A stretch of 64,000 nt of DNA from an uncultured delta proteobacterium (GCA_963803975.1 CAWDOY010000003.1:32001-96000), one strand, 5' to 3'; shown: positions 1-10,061, counted from the stretch's first letter. Program-made: numbers and translations. The notes: a model not told the origin generated them from the sequence alone.

Positions 1-66
1 CGTACCTGTTTTGGACATAATATCAAGAAATTTGTTTATTCAAGGGTTTCGTGATAAAGGAGATAG

Positions 67-147
67 CAACGATATACCAGGGAATTTACAGAACAGAGTC
101 TTAATGAGATTAAAAGGATATTCTCATGGTTGAAAAAGAAATTTTAG
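67..147 (+). pseudogene. C-terminal remnant of a HEPN-domain protein
   Basis: Frame 1 reads QRYTREFTEQSLNEIKRIFSWLKKKF*, overlapping the MNT start as HEPN genes usually do. In-frame stops at 52-57 and 64-66 precede it, so there is no intact 5' part. Confidence 0.5.
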
Positions 148-446
148 AAAAGTTAAGGGCCTTTCAGACAGCACTTGAAAATGAAGGGATCCGGGTAGAA
201 AAAATTATTTTATACGGCTCCCATGCTGCCGGAGCATGCCATGAGGATAGTGACATTGACGTTGCGGTGGTATCCCCTGATTTCGGAAGTGATCGTTTTG
301 AAGAAGGGGTGAGGCTGTTTCAAATTGCTTCAAAAATTGATCCGCATCTTGAGCCGGTTCCCATTTCAGCGGAGGCATACGAACATGATACATGGGTGCC
401 GTTAGTATATGAAATACGGGAGAAAGGCATAACAGTGCATCTTTAA
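126..446 (+). CDS. Minimal nucleotidyltransferase (MNT) domain protein
   Basis: 106 aa with ILYGSHAAG...SDIDVAVVS (GS...DxD) motif; ends EIREKGI. Confidence 0.9.
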   Translation: MVEKEILEKLRAFQTALENEGIRVEKIILYGSHAAGACHEDSDIDVAVVSPDFGSDRFEEGVRLFQIASKIDPHLEPVPISAEAYEHDTWVPLVYEIREKGITVHL

Positions 447-450
447 ATAA

Positions 451-518
451 CTACAACATCCTCCAGAACCACTCTGCTGCAAGCGGCGCGGTAATATTTA
501 TGTGCTCCAGTGGCAGCA
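451..518 (-). pseudogene. Duplicated 3' end of the alpha/beta hydrolase gene
   Basis: 68 nt match 1319-1386 with 11 mismatches by hand alignment. Encodes LPLEHINITAPLAAEWFWRML* versus LPQEHINITVPLVAEWFWRTL*. Confidence 0.85.
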
Positions 519-611
519 TTTAAGATAATTTTCGCTCATGGTCGTAAGATTTACAGCATTTTAAACGATTAGACAAAGATATTTACAGTTCTACGAAGGC
601 ATTATTTATAT

Positions 612-1013
612 TTATGCAATCCAGTGGATGGAGATTTCGTTAGAAAGCTTTCTGAATTCAGGGTCGCCTGTAACCAGCGTAGCTTTTAACTGGGAGCAAA
701 GCGCGGCGGCAAAACAGTCCGCGTAAGCAATTTTGTATTGTGCCTTTAATTTTGCCGCCCGGTAGGTTAATTCCTTGTCGGCATCGATTAGCTTAATGGG
801 ATATTTTGTCATCTGTTTTATTACACGTTCAGCATCAGCAACCCCTTGTTCTCGCATAGTGCTGTAATAAATTTCCCCCCAATTAATTATCGACATAAAA
901 CCCTCAGCCTTTTTCGAGGTTATATCCTTGAGAATTCTTTCGGTGATATCAGCGCCGGCCTCATCTTCATAAAAAGCAATCATTGCAAAACTGTCAAGCA
1001 CATATCTTTTCAT
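612..1013 (-). CDS. vapC: PIN-domain VapC-type toxin
   Basis: YVLDSFA, INWGEIYY and AYADCFAAA...LVTGD motifs; 133 aa; overlaps the upstream antitoxin by 4 nt. Confidence 0.9.
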   Translation of the reverse strand: MKRYVLDSFAMIAFYEDEAGADITERILKDITSKKAEGFMSIINWGEIYYSTMREQGVADAERVIKQMTKYPIKLIDADKELTYRAAKLKAQYKIAYADCFAAALCSQLKATLVTGDPEFRKLSNEISIHWIA

Positions 1014-1240
1014 CGCTTAGCTTCCCTTTTACGCTCCTCCACCAAACGTTTCAGGACGCGGCCCTTTGTTTTTAATATCCCTCGACCTTCGGCAACAGGG
1101 TCCTGGTGAACAGGTTCCAAAATGATTTTCTTGTTATGCTCATAGATGTTAACCCTGGAACCTTGCTTAAGACCGAATTTTTTTCTGATGGTTGCAGGTA
1201 TCACTATCTGCCCCTTGATGGTAGTTGTTACAATTGACAT
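1010..1240 (-). CDS. AbrB/MazE/SpoVT-family antitoxin
   Basis: KGQIVIPATIRKKFGLKQG motif; 76 aa; AGGAGG RBS. Confidence 0.9.
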   Translation of the reverse strand: MSIVTTTIKGQIVIPATIRKKFGLKQGSRVNIYEHNKKIILEPVHQDPVAEGRGILKTKGRVLKRLVEERKREAKR

Positions 1241-1255
1241 AATACATACCTCCTT

Positions 1256-1304
1256 GTATTACTTATTTTGATAATAACGTAATACGCTTAAGGTTAGCTG
1301 TCAA
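1256..1304 (-). promoter_or_regulatory. Sigma70-like promoter with overlapping palindromic operator of the TA operon
   Basis: TTGACA (1304-1299), 17 nt, TACGTT. Inverted repeat GTATTACTTATT...AATAACGTAATAC (1256-1285) overlaps the -10. Confidence 0.6.
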
Positions 1305-1318
1305 TGAAAAATATGTTG

Positions 1319-2122
1319 CTATAACGTCCTCCAGAACCACTCTGCTACCAGCGGCACGGTTATGTTTATATGCTCTTGCGGCAGCAAATGGCGCGCTCCG
1401 GGAACAATCACCAGGTCTTTAGTGCATCTGAGCCGCTCATAGAAAGTCCGGGTATAGGCCGGGGTGAAAAGCTTATCTTTTTCACCCACGAGAATGCGTA
1501 CCGGAGTCTGCTGTTCTTCTATGGCTGGTTTATCGGATGGATCAAGAAAAACAGATATCCATGAGCTGCAGCGATATGACCAGGTGCAAAGCGGGTCTTT
1601 AATTATGTATTGAACATTTTCAATCTTATCAAAAACATGCCGGGGTTCCAAGTACGATATTGTGGGGAGAGATAACCGGGGAATAAGACGGCATAATGGC
1701 CGAATGATTCCGGACATGCGTTGAAACCAAAAATGCCGCTTTAAATAGAAAATGGAAGATGCATTGCGCAGGTCTAAAACGCAATGGCACACAGCTGATT
1801 TAATGCGTTTATCAGTGAGTGCTGCATAAAAAGATAGAATTCCTCCCATGCTGGTGCCGGTCATCCCGATTCTGTCAGTGTAATGCTCAAGAGCATAGTC
1901 AACAGCACGCGTTATGTTTCCCATTAGTTCTTTGTAGGTGAATAGCCCGCGGGTGCCGCCGCTGCGGCCATGGCCCTGCAGGTCAAGCCCTATAACATTG
2001 AAGCCCTGCTCAGAAAGGGCTTTCAGAAAATTGGCGTTTGGAATAGTGTCGATGTAGCTGCCCGCATGCATGGACATGCCGTGGATAAAGATGAGGGCAG
2101 GGGCATCCTGACCAGGTCTCAT
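1319..2122 (-). CDS. Alpha/beta fold hydrolase (lysophospholipase-like)
   Basis: FIHG, DLQGHGRS, nucleophile GTSMGG, GEKD and C-terminal His (GARH). Start uncertain. Confidence 0.85.
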   Translation of the reverse strand: MRPGQDAPALIFIHGMSMHAGSYIDTIPNANFLKALSEQGFNVIGLDLQGHGRSGGTRGLFTYKELMGNITRAVDYALEHYTDRIGMTGTSMGGILSFYAALTDKRIKSAVCHCVLDLRNASSIFYLKRHFWFQRMSGIIRPLCRLIPRLSLPTISYLEPRHVFDKIENVQYIIKDPLCTWSYRCSSWISVFLDPSDKPAIEEQQTPVRILVGEKDKLFTPAYTRTFYERLRCTKDLVIVPGARHLLPQEHINITVPLVAEWFWRTL

Positions 2123-2292
2123 ATATGGTCAGATGCAGCGGCGTTCCCTGGTAGTCGACAGAGGCGTGTTTCAGCATTTATGCATAGTATGATTATCGGG
2201 CAGCAACTGCAAGAAATTCTTTATCAAAACTAACAATAAGACTGCCAGAATGATCAGGGGAAGCTGCGAAGGATGAGCAGTAAACTATTTCA

Positions 2293-4048
2293 TTATGAAT
2301 AGAAAAAAAACAAAAGGCAGAAGAAGGAAAAAATACCCAGGAAATACATAACCCCTATCCCGATTGCCTGGCGGTAGGCATCGGGATTGTACTGATCGGC
2401 CGGTGGGGTGTTATTAAAAAGAATCGCGCTGAAAAGGCGTGCCGGATTTCTGCATATTGCTACGAGCCTGTCTGTCAACCGGGATGCAACCACCTGCAGG
2501 GTTGTGCGGACTTTGTCAAAACCAAAGCACCCCTGCATAAAAACCTGAGCACCTCTCCGGTAAAACCAGTCGGTATCAAGGCTTATGGTGCGCTCACCAT
2601 ACAGCCTGTTCATAAAAAGCGAATAACCCAGCCCGGAAAATATGAGAATCTGCAGCATGGCAGAAACTGCAGACAACCTGAACGGAGAGTATGTCGCCTT
2701 GAAGGGAAGAATATCGTACAGCACCCGGGGATACACCCCGGTAACAATACAGAGGAGCGCGGCCATGCCCATGGCAATGAGCATGTTCAGGGGCGGCTCC
2801 TTTATCTCTGCAAGCTCTATTGCTCTGGTCAACCGGTGCTCTCCCGAACCACATGCCGTACGGGAGCTTGAGGGTTAACGACAGGAAGGTGCCGACTGAT
2901 GCCAGCTCAAGGAGCAGATAAATTATTGGCCGGTGAATTTCCCCGGCAGCGAATACGATCATATTTTTGCTGATGAACCCGTTGAAGAGCGGCACAGCAG
3001 AAATTGAAAAAGCACCGACCATATACATGGCAAAGCAGATGGGCATCCGGGTGAACAGCCTCCGCCCCTGGAGCTCGGTTATTTTTTCCCTGCCGGTCAC
3101 CTGGATAACTGCGCCGACCGCCATAAACAGCAGCGCTTTATACAGAATGTGGCAGAAGGCGTGCGCAGCAGAACCGTTCATGGACAGCTCCGTACCCATC
3201 CCCACCCCGCACACCATGAACCCGACCTGGCTCACAATATGATAGGCAAGGAATCTGCGGATATTATTTTCCAGCAGGGCGTATACAATGCCGTACAGGG
3301 CCATGATTGCTCCCATCCAGGTGAGCAGCTCCCAGCCGGGGAATCCCCTCAGGAGCACGTACACGGCGCTCTTGGTGGTAAATATGGAAAGAAAAACACT
3401 GCCGGTAACGGTTGCCTCAGGATAAGAGTCGGAAAGCCAGGCATTAAATGGCGGTACCGCTGCATTGATGAGAAAACCGAGAAGGATGAGATAACAGCCA
3501 GTACTTCCAGAAGACACGGGATTAAATGCTATGGAGCCGGTACGGGAGACTTCCATCACAATGCCGGCAAGAAGAGCGGCGCCTCCTGAGAGGTGCACCA
3601 TAAGGTATCTGAATCCGGCGCTGAGTGCCTGGTCGCTTTTCCGGTACCAGATGATAATAGCGGAAGTAATGGCCATAAGCTCCCAGAATGCAAAGAGGGT
3701 GAAATAGTCTCCTGCAAAAGTTACCCCCAGTGCTCCCCCCGCATAAATAAAGGCAGCAGCATGCTGCCCGTCTTCCTTCACCTGGAGAGCGTAGACCATC
3801 CCGAGAAAAGCGGCAATGACAAACACATAGGCAAAGCAGAGGCTGAGGGTGTCAACCCTGCCCAGAACCAGCTCATAGCCCAAGAACGGGTATTTCCAGT
3901 AGCTGCCCTGGGGCATGAGCAGCAGGTCAATAAAGGCAAGGGAAGGGATGGCAAGCAGCGCGAACTGCTTCAGCAGCCGCCCCTGCAGCAGCGGCAGAAG
4001 CAGGGCTCCGCAGAAGAATATCAATGCCGGATGGACCGCATTATTCAT
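2293..4048 (-). CDS. mrpD: Mrp Na+/H+ antiporter MrpD/NuoL-like subunit (frameshift near 2825)
   Basis: FWELM, NAAVPPFNAWLSDSYPEATVTGSVFLSIFTTK and PLFNGFISK motifs. C-terminus continues in ORF 2293..2832 (KEPPLNMLIAM...ISLDTDWFYRR). ATG at 4048. Confidence 0.85.
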
Positions 4049-4262
4049 AGTAATTCTCATCCCGCTTGATAAAGAATTTGCCGAGGGCTTTTGAGACAAT
4101 GATCAGTACGATGCACCCGGCAAAACCGAACAGCGCGTAAAAGACCGGCAGCTTCTCCCAGAAGAAGTGCGCCCCGCTGGTCGGCGTAAAAAAACTTAAA
4201 ACCAGAATAACAATCGCGCTGACGAGCATTTTTCTGTTTTTCCAGAACATCAGATACCCCAC
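4041..4262 (-). CDS. Small membrane protein of the Mrp operon
   Basis: 73 aa, two TM segments, HFFWEKLPVFYALFGFAGC...KRDENYYE; overlaps both neighbours. Confidence 0.7.
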   Translation of the reverse strand: MGYLMFWKNRKMLVSAIVILVLSFFTPTSGAHFFWEKLPVFYALFGFAGCIVLIIVSKALGKFFIKRDENYYE

Positions 4263-5740
4263 GACAGGGAGGACACGACACGTCCTGCCAGGTTATAAAA
4301 ATTAAAAATCAGATCGGGAGAGAAGCAAAACAGGATAGAGAACAGCGCAGTAAGAGCAAGCGGAATTACTATGAGCAGCGGCGCCTCGCTGACCTGCGGC
4401 TGCTCTGAATCTGTTTTTTTAAAAAACGCGCTATAGACAATGGGGAACAGGTATGCCGCATCAAGCAGGGAGCTGATGAGAAAGACAACCAGGAACCATG
4501 TTTCATGAGACTGATAGGCACCAATGCAGAGATACCATTTGCTGATGAATCCGCACACCGGCGGTATGCCCACCAGCCCGGCAGCAGCTATGCTGAAGGC
4601 CGCCATGGTCAGGGGCATCTGCCTGCCGATACCATCCAGCTCACTGACCAGCTTTTTCCCGGTTTTTAAAAAGATAGCGCCTGAACACATGAACAGCGTG
4701 ATCTTCATGAACCCGTGAAACGGGATATACAGAATCGCGCCCCGCGCGCTGTCGGCATTGAGCAGGCAGGCACCGAGGATAATCATCGCCAGGCTGCTGA
4801 TGGTGGAAAACGCCAGCCTGCGCTTCAGGTTGTCCTGGGTGAGGGCAATGATGTTTGCAGCAATAACGGTAAAAGAAACGATATAAGCAAGGGCCGCCCA
4901 GACATTCAGCTGTTTGAGCAATGCCGGGCCAAAGACATACAGAATGACCCGCAGGACACAGAAGACCCCGGCCTTGACCACCGCTACCGCATGAAGCAGG
5001 GCGCTCACCGGCGTAAGGGCCACCATTGCCGAAGGCAGCCATTCGTGGAACGGCATGAGCGCGGCCTTGGAGCCGAAGCCGATCATAAAGCACACCAGTA
5101 TCACCTTGAGAATCTGTGGCGAACCTTTTCCCTGCAGAAAGCCGCCTGCCGCAAAATCCATGGTTCCGGATATATAATAGACACAGCCCATGGAAAACAG
5201 TATAAACACGGCGCCGGTCATCAGGTAAATGAGATATTTTTGGCCGGCCTTCATTGCTTCCGGTGTTTCCTTGTGCACCACCAGGGGAAACGTGGAGATC
5301 GTCAGTATTTCGTAAAACATGAACAGGGTGAGCAGGTTACCAGCAAGCGCTACACCGACAGCGCCCATGAGCGCCAGAGCGAAGCAGCAAAAGTACCGGG
5401 TCTGCGCGTGCTCTTGCAGGCTGCGCATGTACCCAATGGAATAGATGGAAACAATGACCCAGAGAAATGATGACAGGAGGGCAAAAACCATCCCGAAAGC
5501 ATCTACCCTGAACATAAACGCCGTATCCCGGTAGATCGTAACCAGCGAATACTCAATAACGCTGCCCCGCAGCACCGGGGAGAGCATTGCATAGACAAAG
5601 GTGCACTGGGCCAGTGCTGCAAGCAGTGTCCAGGCTTCGCGCAGGTTCGGTCTTTTATTCCCTGTTACCAGTATGAGCACAGCTCCGCCGAGAGGCGCCA
5701 GCACAGCGTAGAGCGGTAAGGGAGAATAGACCGTTGCCAT
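4250..5740 (-). CDS. mrpD: Mrp antiporter subunit D family
   Basis: FYEILT, KAALMPFHEWLPSAM, PVSALLHAVAVVKAG and GIPPVCGFISKW motifs. Confidence 0.9.
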   Translation of the reverse strand: MATVYSPLPLYAVLAPLGGAVLILVTGNKRPNLREAWTLLAALAQCTFVYAMLSPVLRGSVIEYSLVTIYRDTAFMFRVDAFGMVFALLSSFLWVIVSIYSIGYMRSLQEHAQTRYFCCFALALMGAVGVALAGNLLTLFMFYEILTISTFPLVVHKETPEAMKAGQKYLIYLMTGAVFILFSMGCVYYISGTMDFAAGGFLQGKGSPQILKVILVCFMIGFGSKAALMPFHEWLPSAMVALTPVSALLHAVAVVKAGVFCVLRVILYVFGPALLKQLNVWAALAYIVSFTVIAANIIALTQDNLKRRLAFSTISSLAMIILGACLLNADSARGAILYIPFHGFMKITLFMCSGAIFLKTGKKLVSELDGIGRQMPLTMAAFSIAAAGLVGIPPVCGFISKWYLCIGAYQSHETWFLVVFLISSLLDAAYLFPIVYSAFFKKTDSEQPQVSEAPLLIVIPLALTALFSILFCFSPDLIFNFYNLAGRVVSSLSWGI

Positions 5741-5752
5741 ATCTAAAGAAGC

Positions 5753-7258
5753 CTAAAATGTGCCGGGAATAGCCCGGCTTATAAAACGGGTGATGAGCAT
5801 GTTGCTGAAAAATCCCAGCAGGATTAAAAAACAGGCCAGACATGCTGCCGGTATCAGTTCCCCCATCGGCACCGGATCGAGCCGAAACGGAGTATCATGG
5901 TGTGCGTGCCCGGCCGGGATAGCTTCGCGGGGCGGGAAGTATACCTGCTCGATGATACGGAAAAAGAGAACGGTGTTTAAAAGCGAGCTCATGAGAATCA
6001 CGAACACAAAAAACCACTGCTGAGCCTGAATCGCCCCGAGGACGAGATACCACTTGCTGAAAAAACCGCACAGCGGCGGGACGCCGATTACCGCCAGCGC
6101 GCCGATGACAAACACCGCCATGGTCAGCGGAAGCGTCCGGTGCAGGTTGCGCAGCTCATAAATATTTCTGGTGCGGGCATGAGCGTAAATAATCCCCGTG
6201 ACTGCAAACAGGCATGCCATCATGAACATGTCATTTACCAGATGCAGCAGCGCGCCGGTCAGACCAAGCCGGTTTGATGAGGAAATACCAATGACGATAT
6301 AGCCTATTTCGCAGACGATAAGATAACAGAGCATGCGCTTCAAATCAGACTGGGCAATCGCCAGAAACGCGGCAAACAGCACCCCTGCCGCTGCGATCCA
6401 GCCGAGCACCGGGGCTGCCGGATAGAGGGAGGTGTAAAAGGGCGCATTGAAAACAGACAGTAATATTCTGATAAGTACATATGCACCCACTTTTGTGGAA
6501 AGCGGCGCTAACAGGACGCTCACGCTGGACGGCGCGAGGGTATATGAGTCGGGCAGCCAGGTATGTACCGGGAAAAGCGCCATCTTTATCGCAATGCCGA
6601 CTATTAACAGGGAAAAGCCGGCAAGCAGGGCCTTTGACTGGTACAGTGCGGGAAGCAGCTGGTTAAGGTCCGCCATGTTAAGCGAGCCGGTAAGAATGTA
6701 CAGATAGCCGACCCCGAGCAGATAGGCGCAGGCACCAATGGTCCCGAAAATCATGTAGCGGAAAGCGGCAAACGCGGCACCCCGCTCACCCATGGCGATC
6801 ATTGCGTATGCGGAGAAAGAAGCGATTTCCAGCAGCACGTACAGGTTGAATACATCCCCGGTGATGGTGATGCCGAAAAGCCCGGTCACCTGGAGCAGAT
6901 ACAGGGTGTAGAGCTGGGGAAGCTTTGCCTGCGGAAATTCGCGGGCAGCCATTGATCGGGAATAGACAGCACTGAGGAGCGCTATGACAGCGATGGCAAG
7001 CAGGATGAGCGCATTAAGGTGGTCGACGACATATTCAATGCCCCAGGGAGGCGGCCATGCACCCAGATGGTAGTGCAGCGGATTGCCAGTGCTTAAAACG
7101 GCAGCCGCAAGGCCCGCGGCAAAAATAAGGCATGCAGTGAGGGCAATGATGACTAACGGGAAGCAGTATCTGCGGTCAAACCAGCCGACCGCAAATACTA
7201 TGAACGACGCTATCAGAGGCGTCACCACGATGAGGGCGGGGAAATGAACCGTCGTCAC
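5753..7258 (-). CDS. mrpD: Mrp antiporter subunit D
   Basis: GAWPPPWGIEYVVD, GDVFNLYVLLEI, KMALFPVHTWLPD and GVPPLCGFFSKW motifs. Confidence 0.92.
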   Translation of the reverse strand: MTTVHFPALIVVTPLIASFIVFAVGWFDRRYCFPLVIIALTACLIFAAGLAAAVLSTGNPLHYHLGAWPPPWGIEYVVDHLNALILLAIAVIALLSAVYSRSMAAREFPQAKLPQLYTLYLLQVTGLFGITITGDVFNLYVLLEIASFSAYAMIAMGERGAAFAAFRYMIFGTIGACAYLLGVGYLYILTGSLNMADLNQLLPALYQSKALLAGFSLLIVGIAIKMALFPVHTWLPDSYTLAPSSVSVLLAPLSTKVGAYVLIRILLSVFNAPFYTSLYPAAPVLGWIAAAGVLFAAFLAIAQSDLKRMLCYLIVCEIGYIVIGISSSNRLGLTGALLHLVNDMFMMACLFAVTGIIYAHARTRNIYELRNLHRTLPLTMAVFVIGALAVIGVPPLCGFFSKWYLVLGAIQAQQWFFVFVILMSSLLNTVLFFRIIEQVYFPPREAIPAGHAHHDTPFRLDPVPMGELIPAACLACFLILLGFFSNMLITRFISRAIPGTF

Positions 7259-7635
7259 TTTTTAAGCGCCTCTATAATCTCATCTTCCTCGAGCGTACCG
7301 TACTTCTGGTAAATGATGATCAGCAGAGCAAGGGCAATGCCGGTTGTAGCCACCCCCACGACAATCGCCGTGAGCATGAGAACATGGGGCAGGGGATTGA
7401 TATAGTCTGCTGCCTTGACCGCCTGATTGAGGACGCCGTGCGTCTCAATGTCGGGGATCGTCGCTCCCCTTTTAGCCCCGATGGAAATAAAAAACAGGAT
7501 AATTGACCACTGGAATATATTCATGCCGATAAGCTTCTTCATCAGGTTGTTCTTTACCATCATGCCGTAGAAGCCCATCATGATAAGGATTATATAAAAC
7601 CAGTAGCTGTGTTTGGTCACAAGGTATTCAATCAT
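7255..7635 (-). CDS. mrpC: Mrp antiporter subunit C
   Basis: NLMKKLIG, NPLPHVLMLTAIVVG and YGTLEEDEI motifs; ATG at 7635 coupled to the mrpB stop. Confidence 0.92.
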   Translation of the reverse strand: MIEYLVTKHSYWFYIILIMMGFYGMMVKNNLMKKLIGMNIFQWSIILFFISIGAKRGATIPDIETHGVLNQAVKAADYINPLPHVLMLTAIVVGVATTGIALALLIIIYQKYGTLEEDEIIEALKK

Positions 7636-8110
7636 CTTCCCAGTCCAGAACTTCCCCGTGGTCACCCTTGGTAACCAGATCCATAAAAATCGAAATCATT
7701 ACTGCCATGACGGTAATCTGTACGCCCAGTTCTATCAGTGCCATGCCATAATAGCGCGCCATGACCGGCGTTGTGGGTAAAATATGCGTCCATTTGCTGT
7801 AATCAAGGAAATTGCCGGAAAAAAAGATCGCCACCGCCCCGGTACCTGCATAGATAAAAGCTCCCAGACTGCAGAATATAACAATATATTTTTCTTTAAA
7901 GCGGCGCTTTGCCTCCCTGATACTGAAAGCCACCGCCAGAAGAATGAAGCTTGCTGCCATGATGCAGCCTCCCTGAAATCCGCCGCCGGGGCTGGTATGG
8001 CCGTGGATCAGCACATACAGGCTAAAGAGCTGGATAAAGGGCAGCATAATCCGGGAACAGGTCCGGATAATTATATCATCAAGAATAATATCATCGAGGA
8101 TTCTTACCAT
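7628..8110 (-). CDS. mrpB: Mrp antiporter subunit B (MnhB domain)
   Basis: HGHTSPGGGFQGG motif. Confidence 0.92.
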   Translation of the reverse strand: MVRILDDIILDDIIIRTCSRIMLPFIQLFSLYVLIHGHTSPGGGFQGGCIMAASFILLAVAFSIREAKRRFKEKYIVIFCSLGAFIYAGTGAVAIFFSGNFLDYSKWTHILPTTPVMARYYGMALIELGVQITVMAVMISIFMDLVTKGDHGEVLDWEDD

Positions 8111-8381
8111 GTCTCATACCCCTGAGCAGCATCATCACTGCAACCCCTGCGCAAAAAATGACGCTGGTCTCAAACATCGTGTCATATCCCCGGTAATCAG
8201 CGAGCACTGAAGTTACCGCATTCGGCACCCCGGTTTCCTCCACCGTCTTTTCAATATAGCGCGGCGATACGTGGATGCTTGCCGGCTGCTGCGGGTCACC
8301 CCATTGGGGGAACTCCTCCGCGCTGTATACCAGCAATGCACCGGCAATCATGGTAATGAACAGTGCCAGCATCTTATTCAA
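8091..8381 (-). CDS. MbhE-like / MrpB N-terminal small subunit
   Basis: TGVPNAVTSVLADYRGYDTMFET motif. Confidence 0.85.
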   Translation of the reverse strand: MNKMLALFITMIAGALLVYSAEEFPQWGDPQQPASIHVSPRYIEKTVEETGVPNAVTSVLADYRGYDTMFETSVIFCAGVAVMMLLRGMRHGKNPR

Positions 8382-8623
8382 TCTTTGCTCCTCCTGCTCG
8401 TGTTGTACAGGGCTGCGATGAAAAACGCGGTGCTCACTCCGGCCCCGACAGCGGCTTCGGTGAAGGCCACGTCAACAGCGCCCATTTCAGTCCACAGCAG
8501 ACACATAAAAAAGCTGAAGGCGCTCAGGAGCACGATGGCGCTCAATAAATCTTTCACCGTAAGCGCCGCAGCCGCAACGATAACCGCAAATAGACACAGT
8601 ATGAAATTCAACGAGGGGATCAT
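8378..8623 (-). CDS. MbhD/DUF4040-like small Mrp subunit
   Basis: KDLLSAIV and GAVDVAFTEAAVGAG motifs. Confidence 0.85.
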   Translation of the reverse strand: MIPSLNFILCLFAVIVAAAALTVKDLLSAIVLLSAFSFFMCLLWTEMGAVDVAFTEAAVGAGVSTAFFIAALYNTSRRSKD

Positions 8624-8991
8624 GTACGCACCTCTGTCTCTGTTTTATCTATGATCACCGTACCGTCTTTTGTCCATGGGGTCACCCCGGACTCAAATGC
8701 GGAGCGCAGTAATGCGTGGGTTGCGGTCGGGCTCGCGAGAAACCAGAATACGGCAATGGACATGAGTTTTGCGCTCTGCACAAAACCATACCAGCAGAAA
8801 TTATCGAACAGGTTGTAAAGGGCAAGACCGGTGACGCACAGAAGCAGCGCCAGGGTATCGCCTTTGCCGACCGCGTGCATCCGCGTATAGACATCAGGAA
8901 AGCGCAAAAATCCCACGGTTGCCGAGAAGAAAAAAAACAGCCCGACTGATAGCAGTGTCACGGTTACGGTAATTACAAGCACGGACATCAT
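8620..8991 (-). CDS. mrpG: Mrp antiporter subunit G
   Basis: GFLRFPDVYTRMHA and SPTATHAL motifs. Confidence 0.92.
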   Translation of the reverse strand: MMSVLVITVTVTLLSVGLFFFFSATVGFLRFPDVYTRMHAVGKGDTLALLLCVTGLALYNLFDNFCWYGFVQSAKLMSIAVFWFLASPTATHALLRSAFESGVTPWTKDGTVIIDKTETEVRT

Positions 8992-9263
8992 GGATGGACA
9001 TGCACTCCTTTTTTAATGAAATAGCGTGATACGATAAGCGTGCTGATAAAATTTAATATGGAGTAGACCAGCGCCAGGTCTACAAACATATCTATCCTTC
9101 TGTAAAGAAATCCAATCAGCAGCAGCAGAATAGCTGTCTTGGTTCCCACGAAACCGGCGCCAATGACTCTGTCAAAAACGGTGGGCCCCCATACCGCCCG
9201 GTACAGGCACAACAGAATGAAAAAACACAAGGCAAGGGCAACCCCTAAAAAGAAATTCTGCAT
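8988..9263 (-). CDS. mrpF: Mrp antiporter subunit F
   Basis: RAVWGPTVFDRV and DLALVY motifs. Confidence 0.92.
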   Translation of the reverse strand: MQNFFLGVALALCFFILLCLYRAVWGPTVFDRVIGAGFVGTKTAILLLLIGFLYRRIDMFVDLALVYSILNFISTLIVSRYFIKKGVHVHP

Positions 9264-9743
9264 TCAGTCCTCTCCAAAAATATGTCCGACCCGTGTTTCC
9301 ATATCTCCCGGCAGGGATTCTGCCACCGGCTTGTCAATTGCATGGACATAAAAGTAATCGTTTTCGACAAGCACGGTTATGGTTCCGGGGGTGAGGGTGA
9401 TTGAATTGGCAAAGGTGAAAACAGATACGTCTTTTTTGAGCCTGGTTCTGAATTTTACAATATGCGGGTAGAGGCGGTCAGACATCCGGGGAGAAAGGGC
9501 TAATTTAACAACGTATATGTTGGCCAGATAGATTTGATAGAGAAGCCACGGCAGGTATTTAATCAGGCGGATAACTTCTCTCCCTTTACCCGATACCTGC
9601 TTATCCGTGAATAACAGGTCATTGGACATGTACGCAACCAGGGCGCATGAAATGATGCCAAGCCCGAAATGCCACAGGTCAAAAAGCCCGGACATAAATA
9701 TCCAGAAGAGAAGCAGAAGGATGAACGTAACAGCAAACGACAT
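9264..9743 (-). CDS. mrpE: Mrp antiporter subunit E
   Basis: ANSITLTPGTITV and YVHAID motifs; ATG at 9743. Confidence 0.92.
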   Translation of the reverse strand: MSFAVTFILLLLFWIFMSGLFDLWHFGLGIISCALVAYMSNDLLFTDKQVSGKGREVIRLIKYLPWLLYQIYLANIYVVKLALSPRMSDRLYPHIVKFRTRLKKDVSVFTFANSITLTPGTITVLVENDYFYVHAIDKPVAESLPGDMETRVGHIFGED

Positions 9744-9882
9744 AGACAAAATACAGATCAAATATTGGTTGTTTCGTGATCACCAATTGAACTATAGCAA
9801 TCCTCTCGCTGCGATGTTCTGTATCCGTTTCCTGAAGTGTTTAAGGTGCGCCGCTGTATGGAGGAGAAAAATGACTGCGGTC

Positions 9883-9911
9883 ATATTACAAAGTACACGT
9901 ACTGTTGTCAA
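9883..9911 (-). promoter_or_regulatory. Sigma70 promoter of the mrp operon
   Basis: TTGACA, 17 nt, TAATAT on the minus strand, about 140 nt upstream of mrpE. Confidence 0.6.
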
Positions 9912-10061
9912 GACGATTTCATTATCACGCTGAAAAAATATGACCAATGTTTAGCATAACGGTAAAAAAATACAATGCCATTCATCAGAAATAGACCCTT
10001 GGGTTTTCCTGATTCCTTGAGCAGTGCGATCTGGTCCGTTCTGGTCAGGCAGTACTTTGTA

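Noticed and set aside
2293..9743. Membrane-bound hydrogenase (Mbh/Eha) or complex I
   Set aside because: No catalytic NiFe or Fe-S subunits nearby; the content fits a stand-alone Mrp antiporter.
9744..9880. Na+/Li+ or c-di-AMP riboswitch in the mrp leader
   Set aside because: I could not recognise a consensus or a terminator by eye; an Rfam search is needed.
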